Shown here in pieces: positions 36,523 to 46,058 of a stretch of DNA of 64,000 nt. The translations under genes and the position numbers were made by a program. Every line of letters begins with the position of its first letter. The first letter of the stretch is position 1. The notes beneath the pieces are model-generated. The model worked only from the letters and a program-made list of their open reading frames with translations, had not been told where the DNA came from and made no database searches. Source of the stretch: Candidatus Eiseniibacteriota bacterium (GTDB lineage: Bacteria > Eisenbacteria > RBG-16-71-46); the NCBI GenBank assembly GCA_013140805.1, contig JABFRW010000052.1, forward strand, positions 371 to 64,370. Direction: 5' to 3'.

Positions 36523-38570
36523 GCGCGCCGCGCTGCATGACGACGGCCGCGATCGCGTGCGCACTCGCGTGTGGCTCGGTGGCGACGTTCGCGCACCCCG
36601 GACACTCCGACGTGGTGCCGGACACGCAGGTCGTGCGGCTGCCCGAGGAGATCGTGAGCGCGCTGCGCAGCACCGAGGACGCGCGGCGGTTGCCGGCTGC
36701 CACGTTCGTGCTCAAGCGCGGCGAGCTGGTCGCACGCGCCGACGCGCGCGTCTCGACGCTGCTCGCGAACCTGCCTGGGCTCTACGCCTATCGCACCGGT
36801 CCGGGCGGCGAGCCGCTGACCGTCGATCCGCGTGGCTTCACGGCGAACGGCGAGGTCTCGTACCTCAAGGTGCTGGTGGATGGCAACGACGTGCGCGACC
36901 TGGAGAACGGATTCGTCGACTGGGACTGGGTGCCGCCCGCGGATATCGAACGCGTCGAGGTGATCGAGGGGCCGGGCGCATGGCTCTACGGCGATGGTGC
37001 AGAGGGCGGGATCGTGAACATCGTGCGGCGCGCGCCGCTGCAGGGGCTCGAACCATTCGCGCGGCTGCGGCTCGGTGACTTCGAAAATCGCGGCGGCGAA
37101 CTGGGCCTGCGCGGCGGTCGCGGCGAGTGGAGCGGACTCGTGAGTGGCCGCGGGCGCGACGTCGAGGGCTGGCGCGACCGCAGCGCCGAGCAGATGCGGG
37201 GCGGAAGTGTGTCGCTGCGGCGCCCGCTCGGTGGTCCGATCGGGCTCACGCTCGACGTGCGGTGGCTCGATGCCGAGCGCGAGGAGCCCGGCTCCCTCAC
37301 ACCCGAAGCGTTCTACGCGGATCCCGCCGAGGCCGAGACTCCGATCGACTTCACGAACCAGGAGCGCAGCGCGGTCGCGCTCACGCTCACGCACTCGAAT
37401 GTGATGGGTGGCGAGCTCAAGCTGGCGCCGTTCGCGCGCCGCGAACTCACCGAACAGATTCGCACGATCTTCTTCGACCCCTCGCGTCATCGCAGCGATG
37501 GCACCTCGATCGGTGGCGAACTGTCGTGGAGCCGTGTGTTCGCGCCGATGCAGCATGCGCTGCGTCTCGACCTCGGCTATCAGGTGGACCGGGGCGAACT
37601 GGAGACCGAGTGGGACAACCGAGAGTTCTTCGGTTTCTTCCCGAATCGGACCGCGGGCACCGGAACGCGGCTCTCGCACTCGCTGTTTTCTGCGCTGCGG
37701 TGGGACGCGACGCCCGCGCTGGTTGCGCGTGCCGGGCTGCGCGGCGACTGGCTCTCGGTCGAGTTCGAGCCCGACGCCACGAGCTCGCCGGTGCCGCCTG
37801 AAGTTCCCGCGCGCACGCTGTCGGCGACGAGTCCATTTCTCGCCGTGACTCATGCGCTCGGTGACCGCGCACATGCCTACGCCAGCGTGAGCGGCGCCTT
37901 CCATGCGCCGACGCTCAATCAGTTGTTCGATCCGCACGCGTTCCCGGCGCTGTTTCCGCCCGGCTACATCCTGATTTCGAACGGCTCGCTCGAGCCGCAG
38001 CGCGCCACCAGCTTCGAAGTCGGCGCGCGCTGGGACGACGAGAGTGGTGCGAGTGCCGCGCTCACGCTCTATCACGTGAGTGTGAAGGACGAGATCGACT
38101 TCGACGTTTCGACGTTTCAGTACGGGAACATCGGCAAGAGCCTCCATCAGGGAGCGCTCGCGCGGGTGCGGTGTCCATTGCCGATGGGTCTGATGGCCGA
38201 ACTCGACGGCACGGTTTCGCCGACCACGATTCGCGACGGCTCGCTCGACGGCAACCAGATCAACGCGGTGCCGAAGGGGCACGCGAGTGGACGCCTGGCG
38301 TGGCGCTGCGAGGATCGCTTCGCACTCGATGCCGGGGCGCGCTGGGTCGCCAGGCAGTTCCTCGACAAGGAGAACGTCTACCCGCTCGGCGAGTACACCG
38401 CCCTGGATCTCGGCGGCAGTGCTCGCGTGTCGCGGACCCGCGTCTCGCTGCGGGTCCTGAATCTGCTCGATCGCCGCTACGCGGATACCGGATTCCTCGG
38501 GGCGTTCGGCGAGGAGCGGTGGATCCCGGCCGCGCCTCGAACCGTGGTCGCCTCGCTCTCGTTCGAATAG
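36519..38570 (+). CDS. TonB-dependent receptor
   Basis: Signal peptide; plug RGF..VLVDG..IERVEVIEGPG..LYG..GGIVNI; NLLDRRY..PRT; terminal FE. GTGA overlap with the rhodanese gene. Confidence 0.88.
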   Translation: MSAPRCMTTAAIACALACGSVATFAHPGHSDVVPDTQVVRLPEEIVSALRSTEDARRLPAATFVLKRGELVARADARVSTLLANLPGLYAYRTGPGGEPLTVDPRGFTANGEVSYLKVLVDGNDVRDLENGFVDWDWVPPADIERVEVIEGPGAWLYGDGAEGGIVNIVRRAPLQGLEPFARLRLGDFENRGGELGLRGGRGEWSGLVSGRGRDVEGWRDRSAEQMRGGSVSLRRPLGGPIGLTLDVRWLDAEREEPGSLTPEAFYADPAEAETPIDFTNQERSAVALTLTHSNVMGGELKLAPFARRELTEQIRTIFFDPSRHRSDGTSIGGELSWSRVFAPMQHALRLDLGYQVDRGELETEWDNREFFGFFPNRTAGTGTRLSHSLFSALRWDATPALVARAGLRGDWLSVEFEPDATSSPVPPEVPARTLSATSPFLAVTHALGDRAHAYASVSGAFHAPTLNQLFDPHAFPALFPPGYILISNGSLEPQRATSFEVGARWDDESGASAALTLYHVSVKDEIDFDVSTFQYGNIGKSLHQGALARVRCPLPMGLMAELDGTVSPTTIRDGSLDGNQINAVPKGHASGRLAWRCEDRFALDAGARWVARQFLDKENVYPLGEYTALDLGGSARVSRTRVSLRVLNLLDRRYADTGFLGAFGEERWIPAAPRTVVASLSFE

Positions 38571-38572
38571 CA

Positions 38573-38609
38573 CTGCTCACTTGTGCAGGCGCGACGGAGC
38601 CGCGATAAT
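38573..38609 (+). promoter_or_regulatory. sigma70 promoter overlapped by a putative LexA box (38573-38588)
   Basis: CTGCTC-ACTT-GTGCAG overlaps the -35 TTGTGC; 17-nt spacer; -10 GATAAT. Confidence 0.75.
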
Positions 38610-38641
38610 GGCGGCCGGTGCCGGGCCAGGAGGGCAGAAGC

Positions 38642-39538
38642 ATGCAGATCGAGTATCGAGAAGAGCCGTGCCGCAGTGCGCTCAATCGAGTCGTCGGCAT
38701 GGGATTCGAGTGGTCGCTCAATCCCTACATGGGCTGCGCGCATCGATGCGCGTTCTGCTATGTGCGGCAGTTCGAGCGCCGCGCCGAGCGACCGAGCGGC
38801 GAGACCTACGGGCTCTCGATTCGCGTCAAGACCAACATCGCGCAGGTGCTCCGAACTGAACTCGCGCGACCCTCATGGAAACGCGAGCAGGTGGCGATCG
38901 GAGCCGCGACCGATCCCTACCAACCGATCGAGGGACAGTATCGGCTCACCCGTGCGTGCCTGATCGAGCTGTCGCGTGCACGGACTCCATTCGGGATCAT
39001 CACGCGCGGACCGCTGATCGTGCGAGATCTCGACGTGCTCACCGAGGCGGCGAAGCGCGTGAAGGTGGGCGTCAGCATCTCGATTCCTACGCTCGACGAG
39101 GCGGTGTGCCGCACGCTGGAACCCGGCGCACCACCGCCGCGTGCGAGGCTCGAAGCCGTGCGGCGACTGGTCGACGCGGGCATTCGCGCCGGCATCGGAA
39201 TGGCGCCGATTCTTCCGGGCCTATCGGACGCGCCGGAGCAACTCGCGGCCGTCGTGCGCGCCGCGCGCGAAGTGGGCGCGGTCTCGCTGTGGGCCGGCGT
39301 CGTGTACCTGAAAGACGCACCACGCGAGCACTTTCTCGACGCGCTCCGGCGCGAGTGGCCGGAGCAGCTGGCGTACTACGAGAAACTGTTCGCGAGTCGC
39401 TCGTATCTACCCAGGCGGCTCACCGCACCGATCGTCGAGAAGGTGCGAGAGCTCAAGCTGCTGCACGACATCGCAGACCGGCGCACCCTGCGGCTGGAGC
39501 CAGCACCCGAGCCGGGGCAGTTGCTGCTGGGGGTGTGA
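38642..39538 (+). CDS. SplB-like (Rv2578c-type) radical SAM protein, probable DNA repair
   Basis: LNPYMGCAHRCAFCY, TDPYQPIE..YRLTR, LEPGA, APILPG. GGAGG RBS. Confidence 0.88.
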   Translation: MQIEYREEPCRSALNRVVGMGFEWSLNPYMGCAHRCAFCYVRQFERRAERPSGETYGLSIRVKTNIAQVLRTELARPSWKREQVAIGAATDPYQPIEGQYRLTRACLIELSRARTPFGIITRGPLIVRDLDVLTEAAKRVKVGVSISIPTLDEAVCRTLEPGAPPPRARLEAVRRLVDAGIRAGIGMAPILPGLSDAPEQLAAVVRAAREVGAVSLWAGVVYLKDAPREHFLDALRREWPEQLAYYEKLFASRSYLPRRLTAPIVEKVRELKLLHDIADRRTLRLEPAPEPGQLLLGV

Positions 39539-39546
39539 AGTTGGGA

Positions 39547-40208
39547 TTACCGCAGCGAGAATTTGATCGGAATCGTCACCCACACCGCCACCGGTTCGCC
39601 GTTCGTCATCCCGGGCGTGAATCGCCACTGTCGAACGCAATCGACTGCGGCATCGTCGAGCATCGGGATCGACCTGACGACGCGCGTCTCCGCAACGGAG
39701 CCATCTCGAAACACGAGCGCCTGGACCAATAGGGTGCCCTCGACGCCGGCGGTTCTCGCTTTCTGCGGAAGAATCGCGGGACTCGTGAAATTGCTTCGGG
39801 CAACTCGTCGACTTGAACGTACTCGCCGAATTTGGGCGGGCCGTTCGATTCGGGGGCGCGAAGTCGTTGCCAGGTCACCCGAGTCGGGTCGATCGCGCTG
39901 CGATCGAACTCGACGGACACCGATGGGGCATCATCGCTCTGGAAACCGACGAGGTGCCGGCCGGTGAGACCAACGAGATTTGGTCGCGAGTCCCGCTCAT
40001 ATCGAAAGACTCCGCGATAGGCGGAGCCCGCTAGGATCCCAATGCCCTGCCAGCCCTCGCTCGATCGCAGGTGAGATCCGACCCGATCCGAATCGAGCGG
40101 ACGGACCTCGCTGGAACCGGAGCCCTCCGCGGCACTCAGCGAAAGGGGCGGCGTGAGAATTCCTGCGGCCGCGCAGGCGAGCGAGAGTGCGATCAGTCGA
40201 ACGGACAT
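39547..40208 (-). pseudogene. TonB C-terminal-domain protein split by a 1-nt frameshift near 39780 (pseudogene or sequence error)
   Basis: One frame gives the signal peptide through FGEYVQVDELPEAISRV; another continues AILPQKARTAGVEGTLLVQALV..LDDAAVDCVRQWRFTPG..GEPV..IPIKF. Confidence 0.78.
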
Positions 40209-40294
40209 GCGTTCCTCCTCGAGCAGGTGGGTTCCACTCAGCAGGCTAGCACCCGATGGTGCCACGCCCCCCACTTGGCTATCCTCCGGCCCGC

Positions 40295-41089
40295 ATGAAC
40301 CGCTCCCACAAGCTGCTCACCGGCACGGTCGCGGCGCGCATTCCGTACGCGAACGCCGCACCGTTCTATGCGCTGTGGAACGACGCGCCCTTCGCGGTGC
40401 GCAATCTGGTTCCGCGCGATCTGGGGCGGGAGGCCGAAGCGGGTGGCGTGGACCTGGGCCTGATGGCATCGGGCGATTACCTGCGCTTGAAGGATCGCTT
40501 CGAGATCGTGGGCCCATTCGGCGTCGCGGCGCGCGGGCCGGTGCTGTCGGTGCTGCTCTACTCGCGGCGTCCGGCGGCCGCACTCGGTGACGCGCTCATC
40601 TCGGTGACGCCCGAGACCTCGACCTCGATCCGGCTACTGCGCCTGCTGCTCGACGTGCGGCGCGGGCTGACCGGCATCCGCTACGTGCGCGGCCTCGAGC
40701 CGCGGCAGGCGGCCGCACTGCTCATGATCGGCGATCGCGCGATGCGCATGCGCGATCAGCGCCCTGAGGGCTTCACGCACACGCTCGATCTGGGCGCCGA
40801 CTGGCTCGAGTGGACGAATCTCTCGTTCGTCTACGCGGTGTGGGTGATCCGCCGAGCACTCGATCCCGAAGTGAAACGCGAGTTGACGGAGTTCCTCGAG
40901 TCGTCGCTGGCCGCCGGCCTTGCGAACCTGCCCGAGATCGCGCGCCAGCAGATCGAGCCGGGCTGGAGCGCCGAGGAGACCGAAGCGTATCTGCGTCGCT
41001 TCCACTATCGCCTCGGCCCCGAGGACCTGGCGGGTCTGGATCGATTCGAAGCGCTGCTGCATCAGCACGGCCTGCGCGAAGTCGACTGA
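40295..41089 (+). CDS. mqnA: Chorismate dehydratase MqnA
   Basis: IPYANAAP, GPVLSVLL, TSTS..L, LMIGDRA, DLG..W.EWT.L.FVYAVW. Confidence 0.88.
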   Translation: MNRSHKLLTGTVAARIPYANAAPFYALWNDAPFAVRNLVPRDLGREAEAGGVDLGLMASGDYLRLKDRFEIVGPFGVAARGPVLSVLLYSRRPAAALGDALISVTPETSTSIRLLRLLLDVRRGLTGIRYVRGLEPRQAAALLMIGDRAMRMRDQRPEGFTHTLDLGADWLEWTNLSFVYAVWVIRRALDPEVKRELTEFLESSLAAGLANLPEIARQQIEPGWSAEETEAYLRRFHYRLGPEDLAGLDRFEALLHQHGLREVD

Positions 41090-41122
41090 GTGCTCGCGGC
41101 CGCCCCGCACGAAAGGAACTCC

Positions 41123-41686
41123 ATGAGCACGCCTCTTCGCATCGTCGCGCTGGCCGGCAGTCTGCGCCGCGCATCGCTCAATCGCGGTGTTGCGCGCGCG
41201 GCGGTCGAACTGGCGCCGCCCGGCACCGTGGTCGAAGCCGCCTACATCGACGACATCCCGCTCTACAACGGTGACCTCGACGGGGCCACCCAGCCGCCGG
41301 GAGTCGCCGCGCTCAAGGCGAAGCTCGCGGCGGCCGACGCGGTTCTGATCGTGACCCCCGAGTACAACTATTCGGTGCCCGGAGTGCTGAAGAACACCCT
41401 CGACTGGCTGTCGCGGGGCACCCAGAAGCCGCTCAAGGGCAAACCCGTGGCGATCGTCGGCGCTTCGCCTGGCTACTTCGGTACCGTGAGGAGCCAGACG
41501 CACTTGCGGTGGGTGCTCGACGTGCTCCAGGCGCGCAACATGCCGCAACCCGAGATGATCGTTCCGCTTGCCGACAAGAAAGCCGACGCCGACGGCAACC
41601 TGACGGACGAGGAGACGCGTAATAAGCTGCGCGGGCTCCTGGAACGACTCGTCGAATGGGCGGCCCGCTTTCCCAAGGAGGACTGA
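41123..41686 (+). CDS. NADPH-dependent FMN reductase (ChrR-like)
   Basis: [36 protein letters not shown]. Confidence 0.93.
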   Translation: MSTPLRIVALAGSLRRASLNRGVARAAVELAPPGTVVEAAYIDDIPLYNGDLDGATQPPGVAALKAKLAAADAVLIVTPEYNYSVPGVLKNTLDWLSRGTQKPLKGKPVAIVGASPGYFGTVRSQTHLRWVLDVLQARNMPQPEMIVPLADKKADADGNLTDEETRNKLRGLLERLVEWAARFPKED

Positions 41687-41687
41687 A

Positions 41688-42488
41688 GTGGCCCAGATGC
41701 ATGAGATCGAATACCAGATCGTCGGTGAGGATCTGCAGTTCGTGAAGATCGAGCTGGATCCGGGCGAGGCGGCGGTCGCCGAGGCCGGCATGATGATGTA
41801 CGTCGAAGACGACATTCAGATGGACACGATCTTTGGCGACGGCTCCCAGCAGAACAAGGGTTTCATGGGAGCACTCCTGGGCGCCGGCAAACGACTGCTG
41901 ACCGGCGAGGGGCTGTTCACGACCGTCTTCCACAACGAAGGCAAGCAGAAGCGCAAGGTCGCGTTCGCCGCGCCTTACGCGGGCCGCATCATGCCGATTC
42001 ACCTGTCGGAGATGGGCGGCGAGCTGCTCTGTCAGAAGGATTCGTTCCTGTGCGCCGCCAAGGGCGTGTCGCTCGGAATCGCGTTCAACAAGCGATTCGG
42101 CGCCGGCCTGTTCGGTGGCGAAGGCTTCATCATGCAGCGGCTGACCGGCGACGGGTGGGTGTTCGTGCACGCGGGCGGCATGCTCGAGGAGCGAGTGCTG
42201 GGCCCCGGCGAGACGCTGCGCGTCGATACCGGCTGCCTGGTCGCGCTGGTGCCGTCGGTGACGTACGACATCCAGCTGGTTGGCGGCCTGAAGACGGCAC
42301 TGTTCGGTGGTGAGGGATTGTTCTTCGCCACGCTGCGAGGCCCGGGCAAGATCTGGCTCCAGTCGCTGCCATTCAGCCGGCTCGCCAGCCGCATCTACGC
42401 GGCCGCTCCTCAAGCCGGCGGCCGGCGTCGCGAAGAGGGCTCGCTGCTCGGTGGGCTCGGCAATCTGCTGGATGGCGACGGGCGGTAG
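41688..42488 (+). CDS. AIM24/TIGR00266 family protein
   Basis: [38 protein letters not shown]. Confidence 0.92.
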   Translation: MAQMHEIEYQIVGEDLQFVKIELDPGEAAVAEAGMMMYVEDDIQMDTIFGDGSQQNKGFMGALLGAGKRLLTGEGLFTTVFHNEGKQKRKVAFAAPYAGRIMPIHLSEMGGELLCQKDSFLCAAKGVSLGIAFNKRFGAGLFGGEGFIMQRLTGDGWVFVHAGGMLEERVLGPGETLRVDTGCLVALVPSVTYDIQLVGGLKTALFGGEGLFFATLRGPGKIWLQSLPFSRLASRIYAAAPQAGGRRREEGSLLGGLGNLLDGDGR

Positions 42489-42652
42489 CGCCTCGCGTCC
42501 AGGCGGGCCAGCGACGGCCCGCGATCGATCTGCGCGGCTCCGCGCCCGTCGGGTGCGGGGCCGCGTCTGTCTACGCGAACCAGCGTGGCCTGCGCGGCTT
42601 TCGTAGCCTGCAAGCCTCTTCCCACCCCAGAGACTCGAACCCCGAGGAGCAC

Positions 42653-44692
42653 ATGAGACTTCGAATCACCGCGCTGGCCGCGCTCGCGCTCTGCGCGCTC
42701 GCGAACACCGCGCTGGCCCAGTCGAGCGGCATTCAGCTCGGCCAGATCGACAAGACCTGCCAGCCGTGTCGCGACTTCTATCAGTACGCAAACGGTGCGT
42801 GGACCGACACCGTGAGCATTCCCGCCATGTACAGCTCGATCGGCGTGGGCCGCGAGATGTTCGACCGCAACCAGGACATGTTGCACTCGGTGCTGATCTC
42901 GGCCGCGCAGAACATCTCGGGCGAGAGCAACGAGACGCTGGTCAAGGTCGGTGCGCTCTATGCGACGCTGATGGATTCCGCGCGCGCCGAGCGTGACGGC
43001 GTGACTCCGATCCAGCCGTACCTCGATCGCATCAACGCGATCCAGAGCCGCAAGGTGCTGCTGTCGGAGCTCGCGGACATGCACAAGCTCGGACTCCTGG
43101 TGCCGTTCTACTTCGGCGCTCAGGCGGATGCCAAGCAGAGCCAGTGGATGCTCGGCACGTTCTACCAGGGCGGGCTCGGGCTGCCGGAACGCGACTACTA
43201 CATGAAGACGGACACGGCGAGCGTCTCGCTGCGCAAGGCCTACGTCGCGCACGTGGCGAAGACATTTCAGCTCGCCGGCATGGCCGCGGACGCGGCGGTC
43301 AGAGACGCCGAGCGGGTGATGGCGTTCGAGATGGCGCTCGCGAAGGCGTCGCGGCCGAATGTCGAGCTTCGCGACCCCGACAAGAACTACAACAAGATCA
43401 CGGTTCGCGAACTGCAGAAGCAGGTACCGGCGATCGCGTGGGCCGACTACTTCGCTTCGCTCGGCGTCGCAACGCTGGCGTCGCCGGATTCGTTCGTCAA
43501 CGTGGCGCAGCCCGACTTCATGAAGGAAGTCAGCCGGCAGGTCGCCTCGACCCCGCTCGAATCGTGGCGAGCCTATCTTCGCTATCACGCGATCGACAAC
43601 AGCGCGGGCTGGCTGAGCCAGGAGTTCTTCGACGAGAACTTCACGTTCAACGCGCGGCTGACCGGCGCGCGCGCTCCGCTGCCGCGCTGGAAGCGCGCGG
43701 CCGACGCAGTGGACGGTGCTCTCGGTGAAGCGCTCGGGCGTGCGTGGGTCGAGAAGAACTTCACGCCGGCCGCCAAGGCGCGAATGCTCGAGCTGGTCGA
43801 CAATCTTCAGCGTGCCTACCAGAAGCGCATCGAGTCGCTGGCCTGGATGAGCGACGCGACCAAGAAGCAGGCGCTGGTCAAGCTCTCGACCTTCACGCGC
43901 AAGATCGGATACCCGGACCGGTGGCGCGATTACTCGGCGATCAAGATCCAGGCCGGGCAGCCGGCGATTCTGAACCTGGTCGAGTCCAATCGTTTCGAGC
44001 GAGCGCGCGATCTGGCGAAGATCGGCAAGGCGGTGGATCGCAATGAGTGGTTCCTGTCGCCGCCGACCGTGAACGCCTACTACAACCCGCCGAACAACGA
44101 GATCGTGTTTCCGGCCGGAATCCTGCAGCCGCCGATGTTCGATCTGAACGCCGATGACGCGGCGAACTATGGCGCGATCGGCATGGTGATCGGGCACGAG
44201 CTGACGCACGGCTTCGACGACGAGGGCAGCAAGTACGACGCCGAGGGAAATCTGAAGAACTGGTGGACCGAGGGCGACCGCAAGGCGTTCGAGGAGCTGG
44301 CGGGCCGCATCGACCAGCAGTACTCGGGCTATGTCGCGGTCGACACGCTCAAGGTGAACGGCAAGCTGACGCTGGGCGAAAACATTGCGGATCTCGGCGG
44401 GCTCACGATGGCCTACTACGCCTATCAGGCGAGCCTCGAGGGCAAGCCGCGTCTCGCGAATCTCGACGGCTTCACGCCCGAGCAGCGTTTCTTCCTCGGC
44501 TTCGCGCAGTCGTGGCGGCGCAAGATGCGGCCCGAGCGGCTGAAGCTCATGGTCAACACGGATCCGCACTCGCCGGCCAACTGGCGCGTGAACGGGCCGA
44601 TCGCCAACATGCCGGAGTTCGCGAAAGCGTTCGGTTGCAAAGCCGGTGACGCCATGGTCCATCCGCCCGAGAAGGCCGCGGTGATCTGGTAG
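42653..44692 (+). CDS. M13 family (neprilysin/PepO-like) metallopeptidase
   Basis: DFYQYANG, KIGYPD, VNAYY, HELTHGFDD, GENIAD, DPHSP. Confidence 0.95.
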   Translation: MRLRITALAALALCALANTALAQSSGIQLGQIDKTCQPCRDFYQYANGAWTDTVSIPAMYSSIGVGREMFDRNQDMLHSVLISAAQNISGESNETLVKVGALYATLMDSARAERDGVTPIQPYLDRINAIQSRKVLLSELADMHKLGLLVPFYFGAQADAKQSQWMLGTFYQGGLGLPERDYYMKTDTASVSLRKAYVAHVAKTFQLAGMAADAAVRDAERVMAFEMALAKASRPNVELRDPDKNYNKITVRELQKQVPAIAWADYFASLGVATLASPDSFVNVAQPDFMKEVSRQVASTPLESWRAYLRYHAIDNSAGWLSQEFFDENFTFNARLTGARAPLPRWKRAADAVDGALGEALGRAWVEKNFTPAAKARMLELVDNLQRAYQKRIESLAWMSDATKKQALVKLSTFTRKIGYPDRWRDYSAIKIQAGQPAILNLVESNRFERARDLAKIGKAVDRNEWFLSPPTVNAYYNPPNNEIVFPAGILQPPMFDLNADDAANYGAIGMVIGHELTHGFDDEGSKYDAEGNLKNWWTEGDRKAFEELAGRIDQQYSGYVAVDTLKVNGKLTLGENIADLGGLTMAYYAYQASLEGKPRLANLDGFTPEQRFFLGFAQSWRRKMRPERLKLMVNTDPHSPANWRVNGPIANMPEFAKAFGCKAGDAMVHPPEKAAVIW

Positions 44693-44738
44693 TCGGGGTA
44701 TCCGGCGAGCTTCACCGCCGCAGACTCTGCGTGTATCG

Positions 44739-44770
44739 TTGCGGCCCGCGTCTCACGGCGCGGGCCGCAA
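44739..44770 (+). terminator. Hairpin after the M13 peptidase gene
   Basis: ttgcggcccgcg-tctcacgg-cgcgggccgcaa, a 12-bp stem followed by tcgttt. Confidence 0.55.
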
Positions 44771-44834
44771 TCGTTTCGTCCGCCGTCCGTCCGCCGTCCG
44801 TCGTGCGCCGCGCCAGGGGCAGGAGAGACTCGCC

Positions 44835-46055
44835 GTGTGGTCACGCATCGAATCCAAGCTGCTTGCGGGTGAACGGCTGATTACCGCCGAAGGCGTCTAT
44901 CTGCTCGCCGAAGCGCCGCTGCTCGAGATGGGTGCACTCGCGAACGAAATGCGGGCTCGCAAGACCGATCCGCGCGTCGTCACGTACGTGATCGATACCA
45001 ATCCGAACTACACCAACCTGTGCACGGTCGACTGCCACTTCTGCGCGTTCTACCGCAAGCCGGGCGCCAACGCCGCCGACGCCTACACGCACGACGTCGA
45101 GGGCGTGATGAAGATGATGGCGCAGGCGCGCAAGGTCGGCGCCACCACCGTGCTTCTTCAGGGCGGCCTCAACCCCGAGATCCCGTGGGAGTTCTACCCG
45201 ACCATCGTGCGCGAGGCGCGGGCGCGTTACCCAGAGATCACGCCGCACTTCTTCTCGGCTCCCGAGATCCACCAGATGATCGAGGTGTCGGGGCTCACCA
45301 TGCGCGGAGTGCTCGAGGCGCTCTACGAGGCGGGTCAGCGCACGCTGCCCGGCGGCGGAGCTGAAATCCTCGCCGACCGCGTGCGCAAACGCGTGTCGGT
45401 CAAGAAGGGCGGGCCCGAGGCGTGGCTCGAGGTCCATCGCACCGCGCACGCGGTCGGCATGCGCTCGACCGCCACCATGATGTACGGCCACGTCGAGACC
45501 CACGCCGAGATCATCGAACACCTCGACTACGTGCGTGCGCTCCAGGACGAGACCCGCGGCTTCACGGCGTTCGTGCCGTGGTCTTACAAGCGCGGCAACA
45601 CGCCGATGGAATCGAAGGTCAAGCACGTGGCCGGTGCCGGCGCCTACCTGCGGGTGCTGGCCGCAGCGCGGCTCTACCTGGACAACTTCGATCACATTCA
45701 GGCGTCGTGGTTCAGCGAGGGCAAGAAGACCGGCCAGATCGCGCTGCACTTCGGCGCCGACGACTTCGGCGGCACGCTGTTCGAAGAGAACGTGCACCTG
45801 GCGACCGGCTGGTCGAACAAGACCACGCTGGCCGAGATCGAAGCACTGATCCGCGAATCGGGCTTCGCCCCGGCGCAGCGCACCACGCTCTACGAGATCC
45901 TGCGAGTCGGCGAGGGCCCCGAGGCGCTCGCGAACCTGTCGGCCGACGTGCCGCTGTTCGTCGAGGCCCTGCGCGAAATGCCGGCCGAGTACCCGGTGCA
46001 ACTCGAGGGCGAAGAGCCCGTCGCGCCCGGGCCGCCGCTGATCATGCCGCGCTAG
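44835..46055 (+). CDS. mqnC: Cyclic dehypoxanthine futalosine synthase MqnC (radical SAM)
   Basis: NYTNLCTVDCHFCAFYR, LLQGG, PGGGAEIL, TATMMYGH, IQASW, GADDFGG..EENV. AGGAG RBS before GTG. Confidence 0.88.
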   Translation: MWSRIESKLLAGERLITAEGVYLLAEAPLLEMGALANEMRARKTDPRVVTYVIDTNPNYTNLCTVDCHFCAFYRKPGANAADAYTHDVEGVMKMMAQARKVGATTVLLQGGLNPEIPWEFYPTIVREARARYPEITPHFFSAPEIHQMIEVSGLTMRGVLEALYEAGQRTLPGGGAEILADRVRKRVSVKKGGPEAWLEVHRTAHAVGMRSTATMMYGHVETHAEIIEHLDYVRALQDETRGFTAFVPWSYKRGNTPMESKVKHVAGAGAYLRVLAAARLYLDNFDHIQASWFSEGKKTGQIALHFGADDFGGTLFEENVHLATGWSNKTTLAEIEALIRESGFAPAQRTTLYEILRVGEGPEALANLSADVPLFVEALREMPAEYPVQLEGEEPVAPGPPLIMPR

Positions 46056-46058
46056 CGA

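Noticed and set aside
34955-46055. CofG/CofH (F420 synthesis) identity for the two related radical SAM genes
   Set aside because: mqnA, mqnD and the ubiA/X/D-like genes nearby, plus motif detail, favour MqnE and MqnC; no other cof genes are in the window.
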